Shown: positions 1 to 7,360 of the stretch, one piece after another
Layout of the letters: each line of letters opens with the position of its first letter
Position numbering within the stretch: position 1 is the stretch's first letter
Virus record (IMG/VR): IMGVR_UViG_3300037466_001622
Length of the DNA stretch: 20,000 bases
Source of the DNA: an uncultured virus (IMG/VR IMGVR_UViG_3300037466_001622)
Taxonomy: Duplodnaviria > Heunggongvirae > Uroviricota > Caudoviricetes
Reading direction: 5' to 3' (one strand)
Made by a program: the position numbers and the translations under genes
Notes under the pieces: model-generated
Seen by the model: only the letters and a program-made list of their open reading frames with translations
What the model was told of the DNA's origin: nothing
The model's database searches: none

Positions 1-1603
1 CCGGATTGATGAAAGAAACGTTGGTCACACCGCTATCGTTGACGAAAGCGCCGCCTCCGCCATTGAGGAAGATATGTGGATTGATGAAATCCATGCCGTC
101 GATCGTGCCGCCCGCCGATGTCGCCAAGCGGATACCTTCGTTTGTGGACGAGGAGAACCAGCATTCATCGAAGATGCAGCGGGCGATAGCGCCACCAGCC
201 GCGTTGCCATAGAGACCGCGCGTACTGTTGTCGAAGAAGGTGTTGTTGGCAAAAACAGAGGTGATTGTCTGCCCCACACCAGGGTTTAGATAAAGCGCCT
301 GGCCGGCATGCAGGAGTTGGCAATCCTCAATGCTGACATCGCCGGCATTGTCGATGTAGATGCCGGCGAACGGCTGAGAGCCGCCCGCAGCATCGGTGCA
401 AATATCCGCTAGCGTTATGTCAAGACCACCGTCTATGCGGATAGGTATTCCGGTGGCCGCTACCGTGTTGAATATCTTCCCCCCGCGGATGGTAGGAGAC
501 GACACGCCGTTAACTATAGCTATTCCCTGAAAGGGAGCTGCCATGTGAAAATTGCGCAGTTCAAATCGATGCGCTGCTGCCCCGACATTGACGAAGTTCC
601 CACCCGATCTAGTAACGGAAGCGGCCATCTGGATGTCGCGGATGGTAACAAAGGCGGCGGCCACGTCGAAGATGTTCGCCGTTGCCGATGTCGTGCGGAT
701 GATGGTCGCCTCACCCTCACCAGCAATCGTGCAGTTCGCGGCAAGCGGGATAACAGTACTGTCCACATCAAACTGGCCAGATAGCAATTCAATAAGAGCA
801 CCATTAGCGCCGGCCGCGTTAACTGCGTTGTTTATGGCGGCCCTGTTAACGGCAGCGGAGGCAGAAGGGTCAGCGCCGAAGCGCGCTGCGCGAATGCGCT
901 CCTTAAGGATGGTAAACAACGGGAACACGCCGCCTCCCGTTCCCGTCTGTGTGTATGAGAGATCGGTGGAGTCGATGGCGGTGATGGCGTCGTAGGCCGT
1001 GTTGCCAGCGTTGCGCTTTAGAAAGGTGCTTGCGACCGGAGTTGGCAGTGGACTAGTGGCACTGATAACAGGAATAGCCGGGTTGGTGTTGTCGATGGTG
1101 ACATTGCTGCCGGCTACGATGCTGCTAACGCCTCCCGTAGCAACAGCATTAGCAACCGCAAAAGGCCCATCCCAAGCGGTGCCGTTCCATCGGTAGAAGG
1201 CGAACGCCACGCCTATCTCGGCATGCAAGAACAGAAAGCCCTTGTCGCCAACGGCAAGCGTAAGCGCGTCGCGCTCAGCAATGGTTCCCGATGCATCTGG
1301 CGTAATGCCGGCGAGCGACAGGTTCACGAGTACGCGGCTAAGCTTGTCGTTCAGGTCGACAATATCCGCCGCCTCGCTGTTCTCGCGCGCGATCGCATAG
1401 ACGGCGCCGGCTGCAGTCGTGCCCGGCCAGGCATAAGCCAGCGTAAGCGAGGTGTCGCTGTCGACCGACAGGATAGGCACGGACACGCCAGCGCTCGAGA
1501 ACATGCCGCCCGTAACGAGCGACACAGCCCAAGCGGTGCCGCTGCCCGTAACCACAGCATTGCCATTCGTCACGGAAACCGTGCCGGTGTTATAGATGGT
1601 CAT
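1..1603 (-). CDS. Tailspike / lateral tail fibre with a parallel beta-helix (pectate lyase 3-like) domain, putative polysaccharide depolymerase; 3' end lies beyond the window edge
   Basis: Manual translation from ATG at 1603 (upstream AAGGA RBS) stays open for 534 codons to the left edge, so it has no stop and is absent from the ORF track. The N-terminus MTIYNTGTVSVTNGNAVVTGSGTAW resembles a fibre-anchoring domain. RFGADPSASAAVNRAAINNAVNA...IELLSGQF...TIAGEG matches the usual start of a beta-helix (xFGAxGDGxxDxTxAIQxAI...GxG). Downstream sequence is rich in I/V/N/D/G, with FINP repeated 25 codons apart. Confidence 0.85.
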   Translation of the reverse strand, partial: MTIYNTGTVSVTNGNAVVTGSGTAWAVSLVTGGMFSSAGVSVPILSVDSDTSLTLAYAWPGTTAAGAVYAIARENSEAADIVDLNDKLSRVLVNLSLAGITPDASGTIAERDALTLAVGDKGFLFLHAEIGVAFAFYRWNGTAWDGPFAVANAVATGGVSSIVAGSNVTIDNTNPAIPVISATSPLPTPVASTFLKRNAGNTAYDAITAIDSTDLSYTQTGTGGGVFPLFTILKERIRAARFGADPSASAAVNRAAINNAVNAAGANGALIELLSGQFDVDSTVIPLAANCTIAGEGEATIIRTTSATANIFDVAAAFVTIRDIQMAASVTRSGGNFVNVGAAAHRFELRNFHMAAPFQGIAIVNGVSSPTIRGGKIFNTVAATGIPIRIDGGLDITLADICTDAAGGSQPFAGIYIDNAGDVSIEDCQLLHAGQALYLNPGVGQTITSVFANNTFFDNSTRGLYGNAAGGAIARCIFDECWFSSSTNEGIRLATSAGGTIDGMDFINPHIFLNGGGGAFVNDSGVTNVSFINP

Positions 1604-1648
1604 TTGGTATCCTTGGAAGGTGCGCTAAGCGTGGCGTATCGCGGGGCG

Positions 1649-2095
1649 CTAGTCCTCAACCGTGTTGCGGAAGACCCAATATCGCCAGTCAGCGGGTCGG
1701 GCCGGATTCTGAAAGTAGCTCGACTTGTTGACGTACAGTTCGAAGCCGGTTGTCGATGTTATGATCTGGTAAACCGGCTCGTTCGCAGCTATGCCGCTAC
1801 TGTCTGACGCAAACGTGCCGACAATATTCGTTATGTCGACACCGCCATCTGCAAACTGCCCTGCAGCCATAACAATGGGAGGCTTCGCGAATGCAGACGG
1901 AAACGTTACCGTCGCCCGCTTATAGTAGGTGTCCATATAGCCGGTGTAATTGGCTACTGTGACAATGCCCTTAAGCACCAACTGCATCGCCACAAAAGCC
2001 GGCGAGAAGTTCATTTTGTTGAGCGGTGCGGTGTCGACGTCGTAACCGGCTTTGGCAATCGCGATGCCTGTTTCGTCAATGCGAACTCTCGTCAT
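1649..2095 (-). CDS. Small tail-tip-associated structural protein, paralog 3 (148 aa)
   Basis: ORF lies between the tail tip and tailspike genes, with an ATGA overlap with the upstream gene. N-terminal motif IAIAKAGYDVD is shared with the two upstream ORFs. Confidence 0.75.
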   Translation of the reverse strand: MTRVRIDETGIAIAKAGYDVDTAPLNKMNFSPAFVAMQLVLKGIVTVANYTGYMDTYYKRATVTFPSAFAKPPIVMAAGQFADGGVDITNIVGTFASDSSGIAANEPVYQIITSTTGFELYVNKSSYFQNPARPADWRYWVFRNTVED

Positions 2096-2556
2096 GTCAG
2101 GTCAGGACTTCTCATAAGGATCAGGTAGGCGCCCTGCGGAGATTTCTTGCTGTTGCCGGGTTTATAGAAGCGAACGTCTACCTGCGTGGAACTGATAATC
2201 TGATGACTCACCGTGAAATTATTGATGCTGAATCCGCTGCCACTGCTTCCTGAGCCGAGGCCCTTTTGCGCCGGGAACGAAATAAGACTGTCTGAATCGA
2301 CAACCTCAAGTATGATGACAGGAGTGCTTGTCACATCAGGAACGGTAACGTGGACTGTCTGGTCCTGTATGCTGGTGCCCGTGTAGCCAGCAAAAGGACA
2401 GGTAACGAATGCCGAGTAATATGGCTGCGAATAGAGCGCGCTTTCGTGCAACAGGAAGTCGAGCGTTGTGGCTGCATCAACATCTACGCCAGGCTTAGAA
2501 ATGCGTATTTTCTCGACGCCGGTTGCGAATTGGATGATGCCCCGTTTGGTTGTCAT
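2092..2556 (-). CDS. Small tail-tip-associated structural protein, paralog 2 (154 aa)
   Basis: ATGA overlaps on both sides (2553-2556 and 2092-2095); motif IRISKPGVDVD. Confidence 0.75.
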   Translation of the reverse strand: MTTKRGIIQFATGVEKIRISKPGVDVDAATTLDFLLHESALYSQPYYSAFVTCPFAGYTGTSIQDQTVHVTVPDVTSTPVIILEVVDSDSLISFPAQKGLGSGSSGSGFSINNFTVSHQIISSTQVDVRFYKPGNSKKSPQGAYLILMRSPDLT

Positions 2557-2981
2557 GCTCCATCCCGCGCGTCAATTGCCAAAGCCGTCCAATGCATCAC
2601 TATGTATCCACCAAAGAGCGAATCGATTGGCGAGAATTGCGTGTACAGGCCGTCTAGCGCCGACTTCACAAAACGCGGATAACTGCTCTCAGTGGTGGTA
2701 AGCGCGGGCCGGCGCCAAACCTCATTGTACTGCCAATGGATTATGCACAGAGGCACAAATCCGTAATCCCATGTGCTGACCTTAGTAAGTCCGGAGTTGG
2801 TGAAGTTCGACCAGGTGTAGGAACCTGTTTCAAGGATCGCCACCGTCGCGATATTGTTGCTGTCAAAAATAACCTTGTTGGGCGGCACGCTCTCGTCTGT
2901 GGCGTCATAGCCGTCCTTGACAAAGCGGAGGCGCTTGGCGCCCCCGCTCGTCTTCAGGTAGCCCTTGTTCATTCCGACCAT
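2553..2981 (-). CDS. Small tail-tip-associated structural protein, paralog 1 (142 aa)
   Basis: GGAG RBS before ATG 2981; directly follows the tail tip gene; motif LRFVKDGYDAT...VIFDS. Confidence 0.75.
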   Translation of the reverse strand: MVGMNKGYLKTSGGAKRLRFVKDGYDATDESVPPNKVIFDSNNIATVAILETGSYTWSNFTNSGLTKVSTWDYGFVPLCIIHWQYNEVWRRPALTTTESSYPRFVKSALDGLYTQFSPIDSLFGGYIVMHWTALAIDARDGA

Positions 2982-3004
2982 TGTGGCTCCAAGTTCTGTC
3001 GTCC

Positions 3005-5722
3005 TTACGGATCAAACCACTCGATTTTGCCGTCCGACAACGTGATCTGGAAAAGGTTGTCTGGCGACTTCAGCAAGCCAGCAATCACGGTGCCGATGTT
3101 AGCGACAAGCAACTTCATTTCGCCGCCTTCGAACGTAAGCGGTGTGCCTGTGTTCGTGCCGTCCGTGATCGTAAACTTGTCCGTGGTGATGACGAAGTTT
3201 GAGAAAGGCGCGGCAGGATTGCCGCCCAAGAATCCAGCCTCAATCACCCAACCGGCAGACACCCACGCATCGCTCACCGTGGCGCGAACCTCGGCAACCA
3301 TGCGCGACACCACATCGCCCGTTCCGGCCTCTGCGCGAAGCTGGAACAGACCGCTGGCCGACACATTGTCGACGGACGCCTGAACGGCTGTAACCGCGCT
3401 AGCAAGCGCAGTGACGTTACCGTCTACCTCCGTAATGCTTGCCTCAAGCGAAGTCAGCGCGGCAGCGTTAGCGCGATTGGTGCGCACCGCCACTGCGTTA
3501 TCCTGCACCTGACGGCCTGCTGCGTCGACCGCAGACGCCGCCACTTGAGCGACCTTATCGCGGATCTCCTGCAGGCTAGCCGACACGCTCGTCAGGAATT
3601 GAATAACATCCTGCTGCTGTTGTGCCAGGCCGACCGACACGTCTGAATTTTCGGCAAGCGTGTTGATCGCCGTCCAGTTCGTAAAGAATGTCGTCCGCGG
3701 CGGCGAAGTGATGATGCGATGCCGATAGAGGAACTGCTTGTTAGGCAGCACACCTTCCGAGACGGTAAGCACCTGAATCGGCATCTCTGCGCGCTTCACG
3801 ATGCTGTCCACATAACCGTTGTGCACGCCGTCCTGCGTACCGCTCGTCGCTATTTCGACGCCGCCAGGCGTCAACGACGCAGTGAACTGCGCTGAGTTGA
3901 GCACCGTCTTGACGTAAAGCGGGCTATTGGCCGTCAAGCCAGTAGGCAGATTGCCGCTCGTGTCGAGATAGAAGATGTCGCCGGCCGACAGGCTGTGTGA
4001 AGGCCATGTGATGACGGCAGGATCCGCAATCGATACAGTCACGGCAACGGCATGCGGCCGATACTCGACGTCGACAGCGGTAACCGTCACGTCATCGAAC
4101 GCATCCCACGAAAAGCGTATTGCCGACTTCTGCGTCGTCGTATTTGGCGCCTGCAGCAGAACCGGAATAGCCCTGAAGTTTGCGGCCGCCGCCGCATAGT
4201 CCGGAGTTCCTGGCGTGTCGGCCTCGACCGGAACGGTAACGTAGGCCGTGCTGTCAAATATGCTCTCGCTAACCTCCTGAAGCGTCAGGTAGATGTTGCG
4301 CGTGGCCTTGTCGCCAAATGGACCAAGTCGCTTTTCCGTAATCTGGAACGTGCGCGTGCCGAATGACGCAGAATCCCACTCCACCCATCGGCCAACCTGC
4401 GCGTCAGCGAGGAACCGCGGATGAATGCAAATCTCGCCGTTGGCCTGGTAGCGGCTTGCCTTGAACTGTATGTCAGCCAGGCGGTCGGCAACCACCGACC
4501 TATTGACTGCATCAAGCGGTATCGAGACCGCAAGTCGCTCACCGTCCTCGGCAAGTGCAACGGCATCCACGCGTACGGCGAACGGCGTCTGCTCATAGAA
4601 GTTGGTCGGCTCGAAATACGTGCCGGATAGCGTGTTGATCAGTTCCGACTTGGTGCGCTTGACCGAGAACCTGAAAGACTCATCGACCATGATGTCATCG
4701 TCGGTAAATGTGAACGCGATAGACTGCGCTGCGCCGACGATCGGATATTCTCCGCTAGCATCCTCAACCCACGTCGAGGCGCATGCCTCAAGCAAAGGCT
4801 GCATGTTCTGGTCGTGCGTAACGCCAGAACCGGCAGCAGGTATAAGGCCGGCCGTGTAGCGCTTGGCGAGCGGGTCGCCAACGAGCTCGTCGCATATGTT
4901 GGCGGCAACGGTCCATTCGGCAATGGGCAGGCGGGACGCAGTGACTCCCTTGCCAACCATCATTTCGGTGCCGTTGAATATGCCACGCTCGAGCGCGTAG
5001 GCCATCAGGATCGGATTTTCGCTGAACTCCCACGTAGACTGGTCGTTCCAGCGATGGCTGCCTGACCCGCCGATGGAGCTATCCTTGCGCCAGTCGTAGA
5101 GCGGAGCGCCCTCAACCTCAAAGAAGGCTTCCCACGGCTGCTGCAAGTGCTCTCGATCAAGAACCTGAGACACCACCGCGTAAGCGATGCCGGCGCCGCG
5201 GTGGTCGGTCGTCCAGCGCCCAGACGGGTTTGCCTGCGCGATTAGACCGGCGTCCGCGGTCTGCGTCATGGTGCCGATATAGACCTTGACCCAAATCTTG
5301 GAGTCGATGTCTAGGATTCTGCGCCCCATGGTTGGGTCTTCAACGGGGTCAAGGTTGTGCCATTCGCCCTTGTAGCGAACGCGCGTCACGCCATTGATGC
5401 GGAAATTGGAAAGGATGTAGACGTCTTGAATCTTGCGGTTGCCGGAGCTGTAGGCGTTTCGGTAGACCAGATGGCCAGCCGTCCCCACCTTGCCCATGAT
5501 AACGGAGCGCGCCAGGTCCTCGCCGTAAGCCGTTTCAAGCTGCGAGGTTTGTGCCTGCTGCTTCGGCTGCGGAATAAGACTGCCGATAAGATACTTTGCC
5601 GCAAGGCCAAGGCCAAAGCGCGCAAGGCCGGCAAGAATGGTCGACCCGCCGAGCCACGACGCAACGCCGCCCAACCCGACCGCGCCAAGCACGGACGTGA
5701 AGATCGGGACTAGAAATCCCAT
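3005..5722 (-). CDS. Tail tip / central fibre protein (lambda gpJ-like)
   Basis: 905 aa in the expected position after the TMP, Dit, hub and NlpC-like genes. It has a hydrophobic N-terminus, a conserved-looking baseplate hub region (GAPLYDWRKDSSIGGSGSHRWNDQSTWEFSENP), a fibronectin-like segment, a coiled coil (LTSVSASLQEIRDKVAQVAA...) and a DUF1983-like beta-rich C-terminus (FVITTDKFTITDG). Confidence 0.88.
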   Translation of the reverse strand: MGFLVPIFTSVLGAVGLGGVASWLGGSTILAGLARFGLGLAAKYLIGSLIPQPKQQAQTSQLETAYGEDLARSVIMGKVGTAGHLVYRNAYSSGNRKIQDVYILSNFRINGVTRVRYKGEWHNLDPVEDPTMGRRILDIDSKIWVKVYIGTMTQTADAGLIAQANPSGRWTTDHRGAGIAYAVVSQVLDREHLQQPWEAFFEVEGAPLYDWRKDSSIGGSGSHRWNDQSTWEFSENPILMAYALERGIFNGTEMMVGKGVTASRLPIAEWTVAANICDELVGDPLAKRYTAGLIPAAGSGVTHDQNMQPLLEACASTWVEDASGEYPIVGAAQSIAFTFTDDDIMVDESFRFSVKRTKSELINTLSGTYFEPTNFYEQTPFAVRVDAVALAEDGERLAVSIPLDAVNRSVVADRLADIQFKASRYQANGEICIHPRFLADAQVGRWVEWDSASFGTRTFQITEKRLGPFGDKATRNIYLTLQEVSESIFDSTAYVTVPVEADTPGTPDYAAAAANFRAIPVLLQAPNTTTQKSAIRFSWDAFDDVTVTAVDVEYRPHAVAVTVSIADPAVITWPSHSLSAGDIFYLDTSGNLPTGLTANSPLYVKTVLNSAQFTASLTPGGVEIATSGTQDGVHNGYVDSIVKRAEMPIQVLTVSEGVLPNKQFLYRHRIITSPPRTTFFTNWTAINTLAENSDVSVGLAQQQQDVIQFLTSVSASLQEIRDKVAQVAASAVDAAGRQVQDNAVAVRTNRANAAALTSLEASITEVDGNVTALASAVTAVQASVDNVSASGLFQLRAEAGTGDVVSRMVAEVRATVSDAWVSAGWVIEAGFLGGNPAAPFSNFVITTDKFTITDGTNTGTPLTFEGGEMKLLVANIGTVIAGLLKSPDNLFQITLSDGKIEWFDP

Positions 5723-5739
5723 ATGCTATCCAATCACTG

Positions 5740-6159
5740 CTAGCCGACCTTAAAGGCCGCCTTGATCTCGGTTTGGGGCACGAACGACAGGCCGCGCTCA
5801 TCCTTCACAGCAAAGCCTCGGTCACAGACAAAGCCGCACGAAAGCACGCCCTCGCGCTCCACGACGCCAACGTCGCCGCGCTGCGCCATAAGCGGCGCAA
5901 TGGGCGGGAACAGGCTTGCAAGAGCCGCCTCGACGTCAGCCAGTCCGCGCTTCAGCAGGATCTTCGTAGCGCCTGCCGGCGTGCTGTACTTGCCGCCACG
6001 GATATCCTCCGCGGGGTCGAAGCCGGTAACGGCAACAACTGCATCCATCACGGTAAGCAGGCAGTCGGAAACTCCCCACTCGCCTGGCGTCTTTCTGTGC
6101 TCATTGACCACGCGCGCAAGGCGCCGGTCCCAATCGGGCAACCGGTTCAGGGTAAGCAT
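5740..6159 (-). CDS. Tail assembly protein, DUF6950 / NlpC-P60-like
   Basis: Motifs RLPDWDRRL...WGVSDCLL...AVTGFD and AQRGDVG; position immediately upstream of the tail tip gene. Confidence 0.8.
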   Translation of the reverse strand: MLTLNRLPDWDRRLARVVNEHRKTPGEWGVSDCLLTVMDAVVAVTGFDPAEDIRGGKYSTPAGATKILLKRGLADVEAALASLFPPIAPLMAQRGDVGVVEREGVLSCGFVCDRGFAVKDERGLSFVPQTEIKAAFKVG

Positions 6160-6188
6160 GCATTGTCCTTGGTTGCTTGGCTGAGCCG

Positions 6189-6755
6189 CTAGTCGAACGT
6201 GATGTCGAAGCTCTCATGCTTCACCTTGCTGGCGTACTGGAAAAACTTGTCGTCGGCAGACACCAACTGCTGATCCTCGTAGCTTGCCGTGCGGTAGCCG
6301 TCGCGGTGGTTTGCGATCGCTCCTGAGCGCACGTTGGCAATCAACTTCGACTCGCCACCGTCGCGCGAATGGTCGACCGTATCGATGTAGCCGTAAGCGC
6401 CCGGCTCGGCATGCAGGAACGAGCGGTCGTCTGGGTCAAAGTAGAAGTCATAGACCGTGACCGGCGCGTCCTTGTAGCCCTCGCTTTCAATCAGCAAGAG
6501 TTTGTCAGGCGTCAGGCCGGAGTCGCGCTGCGCGACGAGCTCCGCCGTAAAGGTCGACGCCGCCGTGCCTAGACCATAAACAGGCTCCGACACGGTAATC
6601 AGCGCGTTCGGCCAATATGTCAGGCCATCAACAACGATATCGCCTTTGCCGTTCCAGAAGCCATAGGTGCCCGTCGTGCAGACGATCTTGATGCCGGAGC
6701 GGATAATTGCCCGCCCCTCATCAAGCACCTCTTGCAGGCGCGTTGGGAAACTCAC
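6189..6755 (-). CDS. Tail hub / minor tail protein (position of lambda gpL; DUF2163-like)
   Basis: 188 aa, GTG start in a GTGA overlap with the upstream stop. Motifs YGFWNGKGDIVVDGLTYWP and RTASYEDQQLVSADDKFFQYA are typical of siphovirus hub proteins; gene order agrees. Confidence 0.7.
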   Translation of the reverse strand: MSFPTRLQEVLDEGRAIIRSGIKIVCTTGTYGFWNGKGDIVVDGLTYWPNALITVSEPVYGLGTAASTFTAELVAQRDSGLTPDKLLLIESEGYKDAPVTVYDFYFDPDDRSFLHAEPGAYGYIDTVDHSRDGGESKLIANVRSGAIANHRDGYRTASYEDQQLVSADDKFFQYASKVKHESFDITFD

Positions 6756-7360
6756 TTAGGTATCTCCACAAGCGTGAAAGACGCAGTCGGAAACAGCCCG
6801 TCATCGATCGAGAATGACCCCGGAAGCACACGCATGTTGGCGACCGGATTCTTAAACGCGATGACGGCGCCCGCGGTGATGTATGCAGGCACAGTCGGCT
6901 CGACCGTGATGGTGATGCTGTTGCTTGCCGCAACGCCACCCGTCTGCACGCGAAACAGCGCATTATAGCCGCCAGTCGTCGCCGAAATCAGGTCGCCAGG
7001 TCCAAGCGTCAAGCCGTTGTCGACGCTGTTAATCACCAGCGAGTTGCCGGTGATCGAGACGAGATTGCCGGCATTGGCGAGCGCCGCGTTGCTCGCGTCG
7101 CCCCAATAGGCTTTGGGCACGCACATATGTTGCGGCGTATAGGCGACGGTTGTTAGACCGCCGCGGGCAGCGTCACGAAATGCCTCAACAAGCAACCGCT
7201 GCGCCGCGCTGAGCGGAACCGTCTTCATCTGGATTGACCAGTATGCGTCGGCATACTCAACGAACGACATCGCGCGCGTGCCGCTACGCGATACCGAGAC
7301 CGACTCCACCAGTTGCGGATAGGACGCCTGAAAGGGGACGGCTGGAAGGTTTATAGCCAC
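6752..7360 (-). CDS. Distal tail protein (Dit)-like
   Basis: 202 aa immediately after the TMP, GTG start in a TAGTG overlap. N-terminal SRSG...YADAYWSIQMKT pattern and C-terminal ASFTLVEI are typical of Dit proteins. Confidence 0.7.
   Translation of the reverse strand: MAINLPAVPFQASYPQLVESVSVSRSGTRAMSFVEYADAYWSIQMKTVPLSAAQRLLVEAFRDAARGGLTTVAYTPQHMCVPKAYWGDASNAALANAGNLVSITGNSLVINSVDNGLTLGPGDLISATTGGYNALFRVQTGGVAASNSITITVEPTVPAYITAGAVIAFKNPVANMRVLPGSFSIDDGLFPTASFTLVEIPK

Noticed and set aside
1223..1807. 194-aa plus-strand ORF, and other plus-strand ORFs at 6-1196
   Set aside because: These are antisense shadows of the tailspike and paralog genes. They have no recognisable motifs, and the minus frame is clearly coding.
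1..2981. Diversity-generating retroelement or invertible tail-fibre cassette
   Set aside because: No reverse transcriptase, template/variable repeat pair, invertase or crossover repeats are visible in the window. The three paralogs are similar only at the protein-motif level. Sequence left of the window is unknown.
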